A stretch of DNA of 64,000 bases from a virus. Its lineage: Duplodnaviria; Caudoviricetes. The stretch lies in IMG/VR virus record IMGVR_UViG_3300013126_000029, positions 572 to 64,571 of that record; one strand, written 5' to 3'. The notes beneath the pieces were generated by a model, which worked only from the letters and a program-made list of their open reading frames with translations, was not told the origin of the DNA and did not search any database. A program made the position numbers and the translations under genes. Below are positions 1-8,891 of the stretch, piece by piece (the stretch's first letter is position 1; every line of letters begins with the position of its first letter).

Positions 1-1724
1 CACGGCGTCGCCGGGCTGGTGTTCTTGCCCCCCTCGAAGGTCACCCGGTCGAGGGCGCGGGTCAGGCCGTCGAGGATACTGCCCTGTTTGGTGAGCCCCC
101 CCAGGAAGTCCACCATGGCCATGCGGAAGTCCTGGGCGATGGGCACGACGTACTGACCGACCTCCTCGTGCACGCTCTCCATGCCGGTCTTGATCCCGGC
201 CGCGCGCCACGCGGGGTTCATCGTCTCGTTGGTGACCTGCTTCCAGGTGTCGCCAAGATCGGGCGCCCTACGGATGGCCGCGCCGGTGGGCATCCGCCCC
301 CCGCCCTTCTGCATGTCGCGGAACAGGCGGTCGCTCTCGATGGTCGAGAGTCCGGTCGCCTGTTGAAAGAACTCCGCCCCGATCTCGCCGGTGCCGCCCT
401 GCTGGGTGCTCATGCGGAACAGGGCCTCCAACACCTCCGGGCTGCCGCTCTCCAGGGCCGCGCGCATGCCGCGGTAGCTGTTGGTGTCCATGTCGAGGCC
501 GGGCACCTTGAGGCCCCGCACGGCGTTCAACTTCAGCGCGTGCATCATCTGCGAGCCCGGCGCCCGCACGCCGGAGATCAACCGCTGCACGAAGTCCGCC
601 CCGCGCTCGCTCTGATAGGGCTCGCCCATCGCGCGCGAGGTCAGGGCCACGTATCGCGCGGCGGCGTCGTCGGGGGTCTCGTAGTAGCCCGGCCCCAGCG
701 CGCCCTGGGCGGCCGACCACATTTGCACGGCCATCTGCCGGCGGCTGCCCATGCCGGCGAAGTTCACCATGCGCTGCACCAGGTCGAAGTCCATGTGTAC
801 GTAGGGGTGTGCCTTCGCGGCGACGTTGGCCACCGCGGCCGGGTCCATCCCGGTCACGCGGGCCATGTAGAGCACGTCGGCGGCGTCCTTGGTGCTGCCC
901 ATGTGGTGCGCCAGCTCTTGCAGCGCGGGGACCATCTCGGCGCGGGTGTACCGGAAGCGGTCGCGCAGGGTGCCCAGCTCGCGGCCGACGTCCTCGAAGT
1001 TCGTCCCCATCGACGTCCCGAGGCGCTGCACGACCTCGGCGCGCTCCTCGAAGGCGCGCATGCTGTTCGTGATGAGGCTGATCCCCTCGAAGGCCCCGAA
1101 GATGGCCGCGGCCTGGCGGGCCGTGTTGCGCATCCGCCCGAAGCTCTCCGCGGCGCCCTTGGTGGCCCACTCGCCCATCGTGCGGGGGCTGCCGTCCTGG
1201 TTGGTCCCGAACATGGCCCGCTTGCCGTAGTAGCCGGCCGCGTTGCCCATGTTGAACTCGGGGGTCAGGCCGTGGCGGCCGAAGACCTGTTGCGTCGCGT
1301 CGATGGCCTGGGCCTGGCGCTCGTAGTGCCTGGCCTCGATGTCCATGGCCTGAAGGTGCGCGAGCGAGGGATCGGCTTTGGCGTCCTTCTCGATGGTGCC
1401 GGCGTTGACGCTGCGCCGGAAGTCACCGATCCGGTCGTGGGCCTCCATCGTCTGCCGCAGTTCCTCGGCCTGGGTGCGGACCCGGTCGCGGTGCTGGTTG
1501 ACGTACCCCAGGTGCAGCTCGACGCTCTGCCGCTCCTGGCTGCGCAGGTGCCCCAGGCGCGTCTGCTCCTGGGTGAGCCGGAAAAGCTCGTTGTGGGCCT
1601 GGCGCACGTCGGCGGGCAGGGCCGCCCAACTCTCGCGCACCGTGGCCGAATCCAGGGCCAGGCGGGCGAGTCGCAGGTGCGAGTCCTGCGTCTGTAGGTT
1701 GAGGGTGACGTTGGCCTGTTCCAT
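1..1724 (-). CDS. Tape-measure-like tail protein 2 (C-terminus runs off the window)
   Basis: Not in the ORF track. ATG at 1724 (MEQANVTLNLQTQDSHLRLARL...) opens a GC3-rich frame that stays open to base 1. Helical Ala/Gly-rich; collinear similarity to the 856-aa neighbour. Confidence 0.75.
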   Translation of the reverse strand, partial: MEQANVTLNLQTQDSHLRLARLALDSATVRESWAALPADVRQAHNELFRLTQEQTRLGHLRSQERQSVELHLGYVNQHRDRVRTQAEELRQTMEAHDRIGDFRRSVNAGTIEKDAKADPSLAHLQAMDIEARHYERQAQAIDATQQVFGRHGLTPEFNMGNAAGYYGKRAMFGTNQDGSPRTMGEWATKGAAESFGRMRNTARQAAAIFGAFEGISLITNSMRAFEERAEVVQRLGTSMGTNFEDVGRELGTLRDRFRYTRAEMVPALQELAHHMGSTKDAADVLYMARVTGMDPAAVANVAAKAHPYVHMDFDLVQRMVNFAGMGSRRQMAVQMWSAAQGALGPGYYETPDDAAARYVALTSRAMGEPYQSERGADFVQRLISGVRAPGSQMMHALKLNAVRGLKVPGLDMDTNSYRGMRAALESGSPEVLEALFRMSTQQGGTGEIGAEFFQQATGLSTIESDRLFRDMQKGGGRMPTGAAIRRAPDLGDTWKQVTNETMNPAWRAAGIKTGMESVHEEVGQYVVPIAQDFRMAMVDFLGGLTKQGSILDGLTRALDRVTFEGGKNTSPATP

Positions 1725-1739
1725 CGGGGTCCGAAGTTA

Positions 1740-4310
1740 TCACGGGCTGCCGATGGAGGCCCGTGGGTCGAGGATGTTTCCGTCTCGGTCGCGGTGCTCG
1801 AAGTGCAGGTGCGACTGGGCGTGCTGGATGCCCGTCTTGCCGACGGCGCCGATGACCTGGCCGGCCTGGATCTTGTCGCCCCGGCGGAACGTCTGGGCGA
1901 GGTTGTCGAGGTGCATGTAGCGGGTCGTCGTGCCGTCCGGGTGGGCGATCTCCAACATGATGCCGGCGCGCTTGCCCTTCCCGGTGTCGCTGGCCAACCA
2001 GGCGGCTCGGTCGCGAGCAAAGGTGACCTCGCCGGCCGCGGCGGCCTGGACGGGCGCGCCCACGGGGGCGTAGACGTCGAGGCCGGCGTGAGAGTGGCTG
2101 TAGGCGCCGTTCCAGTAGCGGGCCGGGCCGGGGCTCCGCCCGAAGCGGCCTCCGGGCACCGGGTTGAGGAGTTGTCCGCCGGTGGGGGCCTCCTGGTGAG
2201 GGGGCGCGGGCTGGATGTGCCCCGGCGGGCCCTGGGGGGCCGGGGCGTGTGGCCGGGGCGGCTCGGGGGCGGTCTTGGGCTCGGGGAGCCCCAGCGCGTG
2301 CGCGGCGCTCGCCTTGGCGGCATCCCACAAGCTCGTGCCCTTGCCCTGCTGTCGGGCCCACGTCGTGCCGATGGCGGTGGCGGCGCTGACGTTGCCCCCG
2401 GCGGCCGTGTCGAGCACGGTCCACCCGATAGAGTTCTCGGACAAGCTCCCGATGGCTGTGGCGATGGCCTCCTCGAAGGGCTGGCCCTCCTTGATGCCGT
2501 CGCGCAGGACAAACATCGCCTCGCGCATGTTCCAAGTCACCTGAAGCACCTGGAGCCCCAGCATGTGCCCCAGCGCGTCGCGCTCGCCGCGCACGCGGGC
2601 GAGGCTATCCCACGATCCGCCCGCCGCGCCGCGGTTCATCGGCCCCTCGACCCATCGGTCGGTCAGGCCCTTCTCGGGGGCGACGCGGCGCACGTCGGCC
2701 AGCTTCTCGACGTGCGCGAGCACCCGCCCGGCGGCCATCGGCCCGAGCCCGGTCATGCGCTCGAAGATGAGCAAGCGGCCGTCCTCGCCGAGCCCGCTCT
2801 CGGCCGCGGTGGCGGCGGCGTGCCGGGCGAACGCGAGGATCACCTGGGGATCGCCCGACTCGATCAGGGTGCGGGCCTCGCGGAAGTTCGCCGGGCGAAG
2901 GACCTGGGAGTAGTCGCCCCCGCCGATCCCCACCTCGCTCGGCAAAAACCGGCGCACCGCGGCGAGCTTCGCGGCGAGCATGGTGTCGCTGCCGATGTTG
3001 GCGGCGCCGCCCACCATGCCCCGGACGATCTCGGGCCGCTCGAAGAGGCCGGCCTGCGCCGTCCAGCGGGCGAGCCCGACGGGCGTCACGGCGTCGGTCA
3101 TGCCGATCCGCTGGCCCAGATCCCCGGCGAAGTCGGCCACCCGCTCGGCGAAGAGGGGAACCCGTCCGCCCTCGCCGGCCTCGACCGCGGCGTCCCCGAT
3201 GATCTGCTGCATGCTCATGGTCTGGGTCTGGGTGACAAGCCCATGCCCCAGCGCGAAGGTGGGCCCGGCTCCCACGCCCATGTGGGTCTTCTCCGGGCGC
3301 TCGAAGTGCACCTCGGGGGCGGGCTCGACCTGTTGGGGGAGTAGGCCCGTGACGGTCTCGTGCGCGTACATGAGGGTGCGCCCGTAGCGGGCGGCCACGT
3401 TGCCGGGGTCTTCGCCGGTGCGCCGGGCGAATTGCATGGCGGCGATGGCTCGCGTCTTCGTGTAGCGGTCCCCCAGTCCCCCGAAGGTCTCCAGGGCCTC
3501 GGCGCCGGTGGCGAGGAAGCCCTGGCGCAAGGCCATCATGGCGGAGCGCAAGCGGCCGATGCCCCCCAGGCCCTCCTGGTACTCGTCTCCCACCAGGACG
3601 CGGTCGTCGCCCGTGACCCAAGGGGCGTCCGTCCAGGGGTTGCCCCGGCCGGGATCGGTCATGCCGTGGCCGACGGCAAACGCCCCCAGGCCCTCCTCGT
3701 AGTTCTCGGCGACCTCGCCGGCCTTGCGGACCTCGCCGATCAGGGCGAAGACGCCGGCCTGCTGGGCGTAGTCGGCCATGAAGCGCAGGCGGTTGTAGGC
3801 GTGAGCGGCGCCCTCGCGCAGGAACCCCTGGAGGGTGCCGGTCTGGCCGAAGATGAGCCGGCGGGCGATGCGCTGCCAGGGGATGCGGCGCATCTGGAGC
3901 CGTTCGGCCACCGCCAGGGCCTCGCGGACGCGCGCGAGCTGGGCGGCGTGCCCACGCACCTCCTGGTCGAGGCTGCGCCAGGCGGCGACGTCCTGGCGGC
4001 CCTGCATGTCGCGCAGGGCGTCGTTCGCCTCGCCCATCTTCGTCTCGCGGAAAAGCTCCTCCTGCCGAAGCTCGGCCATCGCCTCGCGCAGGACCGGGCG
4101 GTAGCGGGTGGGCAATCCCTCCGCGCCCTGGAGGCTGTCGAGGGCCCGCACGCTGTCCACGGCGTTGTGGACGTTCTCGCCTGCCGCGGCCAGGTCGGCC
4201 GGCATGCCCTGGGCGAGCTGCTTCAGCGCGTCGAGGTTGCGTTCGCTGTCGGCGAGATCGGCGCGGGCGATGATGCCGACCGTGCGGTCCGGCTTCGTCT
4301 TCGCGCTCAC
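1740..4310 (-). CDS. Tape-measure-like tail protein with C-terminal M23 peptidase (tail-associated peptidoglycan hydrolase)
   Basis: Follows the tube and chaperone genes; long helical N-terminal region; C-terminal M23 motifs HAGLDVYAPVGAPV, YMHLD, IGAVGKTG, HLHFE. Confidence 0.85.
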   Translation of the reverse strand: MSAKTKPDRTVGIIARADLADSERNLDALKQLAQGMPADLAAAGENVHNAVDSVRALDSLQGAEGLPTRYRPVLREAMAELRQEELFRETKMGEANDALRDMQGRQDVAAWRSLDQEVRGHAAQLARVREALAVAERLQMRRIPWQRIARRLIFGQTGTLQGFLREGAAHAYNRLRFMADYAQQAGVFALIGEVRKAGEVAENYEEGLGAFAVGHGMTDPGRGNPWTDAPWVTGDDRVLVGDEYQEGLGGIGRLRSAMMALRQGFLATGAEALETFGGLGDRYTKTRAIAAMQFARRTGEDPGNVAARYGRTLMYAHETVTGLLPQQVEPAPEVHFERPEKTHMGVGAGPTFALGHGLVTQTQTMSMQQIIGDAAVEAGEGGRVPLFAERVADFAGDLGQRIGMTDAVTPVGLARWTAQAGLFERPEIVRGMVGGAANIGSDTMLAAKLAAVRRFLPSEVGIGGGDYSQVLRPANFREARTLIESGDPQVILAFARHAAATAAESGLGEDGRLLIFERMTGLGPMAAGRVLAHVEKLADVRRVAPEKGLTDRWVEGPMNRGAAGGSWDSLARVRGERDALGHMLGLQVLQVTWNMREAMFVLRDGIKEGQPFEEAIATAIGSLSENSIGWTVLDTAAGGNVSAATAIGTTWARQQGKGTSLWDAAKASAAHALGLPEPKTAPEPPRPHAPAPQGPPGHIQPAPPHQEAPTGGQLLNPVPGGRFGRSPGPARYWNGAYSHSHAGLDVYAPVGAPVQAAAAGEVTFARDRAAWLASDTGKGKRAGIMLEIAHPDGTTTRYMHLDNLAQTFRRGDKIQAGQVIGAVGKTGIQHAQSHLHFEHRDRDGNILDPRASIGSP

Positions 4311-4735
4311 CCCTCACCCCTGGCGCGGGCCTGGGCCTCGGCGATGAGGGCGCGGGCCCGATCCACGTCGCTGCCGATCTCCAGCATCGCATCGGACACC
4401 AGGCGCTCGCCGCACTCCGGGCAGAACGTGGTCGAGGCCCACGTCTCGCAGGCCCCACACTTGAGCATCGGGGTCTCCTCGGTGCGGTGGAACGGCTGGC
4501 CACACCGGCCGCAGAACTTGCCGCCCGGTACGACCGTCGCACACGGCGTGCAGATCACCATGCCCTTGTCGAGGGCCATGTGGATCTGCACCGAAACCTC
4601 TTGCTCGGGGGTCAGTCCGTCGGGCGCGGTGAGGAGTTGCGGGAACGTCCGGTAGACGGCCCATAGGGCTCGCTCGTCACGCGCGGCGGGTAGCGCGGAG
4701 GCCAGCGTCCACGTCGCGAAACGACTCGTGGAACG
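4307..4735 (-). CDS. Tail assembly chaperone second-frame (T-like) segment with double zinc ribbon; probably expressed by frameshift
   Basis: Frame is open from 4735, overlapping the 3' end of the chaperone gene. No ATG with RBS at its start. Four CxxC pairs (CTPC, CGRC, CGAC, CPEC). Lies between chaperone and tape measure. Confidence 0.6.
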   Translation of the reverse strand, partial: RSTSRFATWTLASALPAARDERALWAVYRTFPQLLTAPDGLTPEQEVSVQIHMALDKGMVICTPCATVVPGGKFCGRCGQPFHRTEETPMLKCGACETWASTTFCPECGERLVSDAMLEIGSDVDRARALIAEAQARARGEG

Positions 4736-5081
4736 TCAACGCCTCCTTGCCCACGGCCAGGAACTCGGCGACGTCCTGGTCCGTGTTCACGCGCCCGCGC
4801 TGGCCCGCCTCGGGCTGCTTGTTGCCCACCCACCAGTGGTTCGGCGCCTCGGCCAGGTACTCGATGAGCACGGCCTCCATGAGGGCGCCGCGGCCCACCT
4901 CGCTCTCGACCACGTTCGAGGGGGCCCCGGCGGCGAACGGGTTGGGATCGGCGACCGCCGAAGCGTAGTGTTTGGCGATGCGCTTGATCCCCTCGTAGCC
5001 TGGGCGGCGCAGCACGACGTCGTAGCTCATGCCGTTGTCGATGGGGATGGAGACGGCTTTCGTCTTCGGCTGGATGCTCAT
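4677..5081 (-). CDS. Tail assembly chaperone (G-like)
   Basis: 134 aa, immediately downstream of the tail tube; ends ...FHESFRDVDAGLRATRRA; GAGG RBS-like sequence upstream. Confidence 0.7.
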   Translation of the reverse strand: MSIQPKTKAVSIPIDNGMSYDVVLRRPGYEGIKRIAKHYASAVADPNPFAAGAPSNVVESEVGRGALMEAVLIEYLAEAPNHWWVGNKQPEAGQRGRVNTDQDVAEFLAVGKEALTFHESFRDVDAGLRATRRA

Positions 5082-5116
5082 GTCGGGGGGTGGTCCTCTC
5101 TACGGTCAGGTTCGGC

Positions 5117-5145
5117 GGGGGCGCCCGGTGGAGTCGGACGCCCCC
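5117..5145 (-). terminator. GC-rich hairpin after the tail tube gene (possible terminator or stability element)
   Basis: Minus strand GGGGGCGTCCG-ACTCCAC-CGGGCGCCCCC forms an 11-bp stem with one G-U pair; no U-tract follows. Confidence 0.35.
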
Positions 5146-5162
5146 ACCTCGGGGGTATCAGG

Positions 5163-5609
5163 TCAGGCGGCCAGATCGGCCAGGTGTTCGGAGACGCGGC
5201 CCTGGCAGTCGCCGTTCTGCCGGATGGCCCGTTGCTCGCCGATCTGGGTCGAGAACGAACCGGGCAGGACGTCGGAGACGCGCAGGACAGTCCGGCCGCT
5301 CTTGAGCGACTGGAACTCCAGGTCGCAGGGCTCGTGGGAGACCATGTTGCGGCGCAGGGGCACGATGCCCACCGTCTGCGGGCTCTCCTGGAGCGTGGTC
5401 ATGGCGCGGCCCCACGAAACCGACACGGGCCCCTTGCCGTGGTAGACGGGCTCCTGGGGCTCCATCGCGCCGATGCCGGTCAGGAACTCGCTGATGTGGC
5501 GGTCGTTGATGGTGACGTTGTCCACCAGGCCCCAGGTCACGCCCGCGTCGTCGCCGGCCGCGTAGACCACGAGAATGCAGGTGGACCCCGATTCGACTTT
5601 CGTTGCCAT
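5163..5609 (-). CDS. Tail tube protein
   Basis: 148 aa directly after the sheath; GIGAMEPQEPVY resembles the xIGSIMPQEHVY motif of K/A511-type tube proteins; strong RBS (AAGGAG). Confidence 0.85.
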   Translation of the reverse strand: MATKVESGSTCILVVYAAGDDAGVTWGLVDNVTINDRHISEFLTGIGAMEPQEPVYHGKGPVSVSWGRAMTTLQESPQTVGIVPLRRNMVSHEPCDLEFQSLKSGRTVLRVSDVLPGSFSTQIGEQRAIRQNGDCQGRVSEHLADLAA

Positions 5610-5621
5610 GGGGTGTGCTCC

Positions 5622-7457
5622 TTAGCCCTGGAGGGCGACCTTGAGGACGGTGCCTCGGATCTGGATGTGGTCGTTCTCGCCCGCGAGCGAGGCGTTGAAA
5701 TCGACGATGGTGCGGCCGTTGTAGGTGGTGACGTCGTTGACCGTCCACGCCTTCACCGGGACGTTCGTCTCGACGTCGATCCCCGGCGTGATCATGCCCA
5801 CCTTCTCGGCGGCCTGGAGCACCTTCTCGGCCCGGCGGCGCACGGCCTTGAGCCACTGGGGCGTGGCCCACGCGACCTTGATCCGGTAGACGCCGGCCTC
5901 GATGTTGTAGGCGAGGAAGTCCATGCAGACCGTCTCGGACCACTTGCGATAGGCCACCTTGGGGCTCGACGACGTGCTGAGGGCGAGCGCGATGCGCACG
6001 CCGTCCTCGTACTGGAGCATCGAGACGCCGCCGCGGGCGTTGTTCTCGCCCTCGCGGATCTCGCGCACGTCGGCCGGGTAGATGGCGGCGCCGCGCAGGG
6101 TCCGGTCGGTGAGCACCAGGCTGTTGACGTCCAGTTCGGGGTTCATGCCGGCGGTGAGGCCGGCCACCGCGGCGGCCACGACGAGGGGCTGGTGGATGCG
6201 GGTCGGGTCCACCGCGTCAACGATGCGCTGGCAGTAGAGCGCGACCTCGGCCCGACCGATGGCCGCGGCGCGTGCCTGGATGGCGGCGTCCGTCTCCGTG
6301 GGGTCGAACCCGAAGACGGCTCGGAAGCGCCGACCGTACTGGGCCCTCTGGTCGTCGATCCAGTCGAGCACGGCGCCCTGCACGCTGACGTCCTGGGTGT
6401 CGAGGAAGATCACCCCGCTCTTGACTGGGGTGGCCGCGAGCACGGCCAGCGCGGCCACGTAGTCGGCGAGCACGGCGGCCGGGTTGGTCCCGTGCCCGAA
6501 GATGCGCCACCCCTCGGTCTCGACCGGGTAGAGCGTCGCGCCCGCGGTGCGGGTCGCCACGATGCCGGCGACCGGACCGATGACGCGGCACGCGCTGTTG
6601 ATCCAGGCGCAGATCGCCCCGATCTTCGCGCTGATGAGGAGGTCGGCGCCGTCGATGTTACCCCCGGCGACCGCGTCCAGCTCGCGCGCGCTCATGTCGG
6701 CGACCGGGGCGTCCGTGCTGCGGAACGTCGCGGTGTAGCCGGCCTGGCTGTTGATGAAGTCGAGCACCTGCTTGCAGGTGGCGAACTCGGGCCGGGTCAG
6801 GTCGATGTCCAGGGCCACCGTGCCGGCGGCGCCGTTGGTGAGCGCGGTCTGGAGCCGGGTCGCGGCGCCCGGCGTGGCGGCCGTGATGGTCAGGGTGGCG
6901 GTGTCGGCCCCGGCCGTGTACTGCACGGTCATGACGGGCCCCAGGCGGCGCCCGATCTTCACGTCGGCGGCGCGCTGGCGGAACCCGACCGACACGTTGC
7001 GCCCGGCGGGCAGGTCGAGGTCGTCGGTGTTGTCCACCCGGATGCGCAGGGCGTTGTAGATGTCGCCCTTGTCCCGGCTGGTGACCCGGATGCAGGCGGC
7101 GGCCGGATCGGCGGTGTTCAGGAGGTCGAGGTACGCGGCGGTCGGCGTCCCCACCCGCGCCACCCGGACGAACGGGGCCCCGGCCGTGTCGGGGTCCGGG
7201 CTCGGCCGGAAGGCGTAGGAGATCGCGTCGGTCGGAACGTCGGCGACGCCCTCCGGGTTGAACGTCTCCTTGAACTCGGCGAGCGAGCCGCAGTCCGTGA
7301 GGGACTGGGCCCCGGCGTTGAGCTTCGCCAGGCAGATCGCGGGGAATGGGTTGGCGACGCCCGACGGCGCGGACTCGATCACCCGGATGCGCGACCGCAC
7401 AGAAGGGAACACATGGGGGCGGCCGTCGTCGTCGATGATGTCGAGGGGGTTCGCCAT
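5622..7457 (-). CDS. Contractile tail sheath protein
   Basis: 611 aa; sheath-like C-terminus (AAAVAGL, YRKWSETVCMDFL, VDFNASLAGENDHIQI); precedes the tube. Confidence 0.9.
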   Translation of the reverse strand: MANPLDIIDDDGRPHVFPSVRSRIRVIESAPSGVANPFPAICLAKLNAGAQSLTDCGSLAEFKETFNPEGVADVPTDAISYAFRPSPDPDTAGAPFVRVARVGTPTAAYLDLLNTADPAAACIRVTSRDKGDIYNALRIRVDNTDDLDLPAGRNVSVGFRQRAADVKIGRRLGPVMTVQYTAGADTATLTITAATPGAATRLQTALTNGAAGTVALDIDLTRPEFATCKQVLDFINSQAGYTATFRSTDAPVADMSARELDAVAGGNIDGADLLISAKIGAICAWINSACRVIGPVAGIVATRTAGATLYPVETEGWRIFGHGTNPAAVLADYVAALAVLAATPVKSGVIFLDTQDVSVQGAVLDWIDDQRAQYGRRFRAVFGFDPTETDAAIQARAAAIGRAEVALYCQRIVDAVDPTRIHQPLVVAAAVAGLTAGMNPELDVNSLVLTDRTLRGAAIYPADVREIREGENNARGGVSMLQYEDGVRIALALSTSSSPKVAYRKWSETVCMDFLAYNIEAGVYRIKVAWATPQWLKAVRRRAEKVLQAAEKVGMITPGIDVETNVPVKAWTVNDVTTYNGRTIVDFNASLAGENDHIQIRGTVLKVALQG

Positions 7458-7463
7458 CTGGGG

Positions 7464-7676
7464 TCACTCCTGAACGATGGGTCGGGCGCGCTCCAGGGCG
7501 GCCAGATCGGCCCACGCCTGGCGCGTGCGCGGGCGGCGGTCGCCCGTGCGAGAAACGTACCCACGAACCGCGGCGGAGTCCACGGGGTTGAAGCCTCTCG
7601 CGGCGTCCTCGGCCATCATCACAGGCGGACGTGGATCGGGTGTGGGGCTGCCTGCGGTTGCGGTCCGGTCGTCCAT
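7464..7676 (-). CDS. Small hypothetical protein (70 aa) upstream of the sheath
   Basis: AGGAG RBS before ATG 7676 (MDDRTATAG...); fills the gap before the sheath gene. Confidence 0.6.
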   Translation of the reverse strand: MDDRTATAGSPTPDPRPPVMMAEDAARGFNPVDSAAVRGYVSRTGDRRPRTRQAWADLAALERARPIVQE

Positions 7677-8479
7677 GGCGGTCTCCTGGTGAGGAATCGG
7701 AGCTTGTTGCCCGAGATCGTGTAGGTGCGATTGAAGGCGCCGGTGGGCTGCACGTCCTCGGTGCGCATGATCTGGCTGCCCTGGATGTCGAAGCCGGGCT
7801 CGAAGATGCGCTCGAAGAAGAACGACGCCTCTTCGAGCACCCGCTCCACGATGGCGCTCATCCAGAGCAATTCGTCCTCGGAGACCGAAACGACCTCGAT
7901 CTGGTATTGCCGGTGCCAGGGGTGCCGCTCGATGCGGCGCACGCCGTCGGCGGCTGACTCCTCGGCGTGCACGCGGCCGATGGCGTCCACGGGGAGCTTG
8001 TTGGACGGGCCCGGCCGCACGACGTAGCACGGCACCTGCTCCGCCTCGACGGGGTACTCGATGGTGACCCTCAACGCGCGCTTCTCGACCCACTCCTGGG
8101 CGGCCATGTCCTCGGGCCGCACGATCTGGTAGCGGTCGCCCACGGCCACGCCGGCCGCGGCGAGGTCTTCGCCCGCCTGAAGCTGCTGGCCGTCCACGGC
8201 GACGATCTCGAAGACCTCGCCGGCCGCGGCCCCGTCCTGGAAGATCAACGCGCAGGACGGGCGCGGCGTCCCGTTCGTGATCTGGCGGCCGTAGACGTTG
8301 AACGCCCACGCCTGGCTCTCGTCGGTGAGCGTGTCCCCGTCGAGGCCGGTGACGGTCCCCGTCAACTCGTAGGGCTCCTCGCCCACGATGGCGGCGAGCA
8401 TGGCGCCGGGCACGCCGCGCAGGCTGTCGATGCCCCCCTCGATGAGGCGCATGAGGGTGCGTTCCATCAGTCGGCCCAC
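7619..8479 (-). CDS. Putative tail-terminator/neck protein
   Basis: 286 aa, last neck gene before the sheath; beta-rich C-terminus (VTIEYP, YQIEVVS, FNRTYTISG). Confidence 0.6.
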   Translation of the reverse strand: MGRLMERTLMRLIEGGIDSLRGVPGAMLAAIVGEEPYELTGTVTGLDGDTLTDESQAWAFNVYGRQITNGTPRPSCALIFQDGAAAGEVFEIVAVDGQQLQAGEDLAAAGVAVGDRYQIVRPEDMAAQEWVEKRALRVTIEYPVEAEQVPCYVVRPGPSNKLPVDAIGRVHAEESAADGVRRIERHPWHRQYQIEVVSVSEDELLWMSAIVERVLEEASFFFERIFEPGFDIQGSQIMRTEDVQPTGAFNRTYTISGNKLRFLTRRPPWTTGPQPQAAPHPIHVRL

Positions 8480-8628
8480 CCGGAGTAGGCCCGGCGCACC
8501 GGGGCGGCCTCGGGGTCACGGCGAGCGGCGGCGCGGTCTTGGCGGGCCTGCCGCCGCTTCAGGTGGCGGCGCCCCTCCGCCCGGATGTGGCAGAGAGATC
8601 GCGACTGGCGGGGCAACTTCTCGGCCAT
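8467..8628 (-). CDS. Small basic hypothetical protein (53 aa)
   Basis: ATG coupled to the upstream stop (TGATG); Arg-rich MAEKLPRQSRSLCHIRAEG. Confidence 0.45.
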   Translation of the reverse strand: MAEKLPRQSRSLCHIRAEGRRHLKRRQARQDRAAARRDPEAAPVRRAYSGWAD

Positions 8629-8891
8629 CAGGCGTGCCCCACATGGCCGAAGCGGCCACCGAAGGGCGCAGGGCCCGTGCCATCGGTCGGCCGGCCGGCG
8701 CGGCACGTCGCCCGGTGGCAAAACGGCGTCGCGCTCGCGAGCCGGCTGTGCCAGGCCAGATCGGCCGCGGTCGGCCGCTCGGGCAGGGCGGCCCCGTCGT
8801 CTACCGCCTTGTTGGCGGCGGCCAGCGCCTCCTCGAAGGCGCCGGGGTGCAGGGCCTCGGCCAGAAATACGAGCTGCTGGAAGGGGGTCAC
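8628..8891 (-). CDS. Hypothetical protein (87 aa)
   Basis: GTG overlapping the upstream stop; VTPFQQLVFLAEAL...; GC3-rich codons. Confidence 0.5.
   Translation of the reverse strand: MTPFQQLVFLAEALHPGAFEEALAAANKAVDDGAALPERPTAADLAWHSRLASATPFCHRATCRAGRPTDGTGPAPFGGRFGHVGHA

Noticed and set aside
4314-4664. 116-aa ORF in frame with the chaperone after its TGA (possible readthrough)
   Set aside because: Composition looks off-frame. The +1 frame has better codon usage, a Zn-ribbon motif and couples to the next gene's start.
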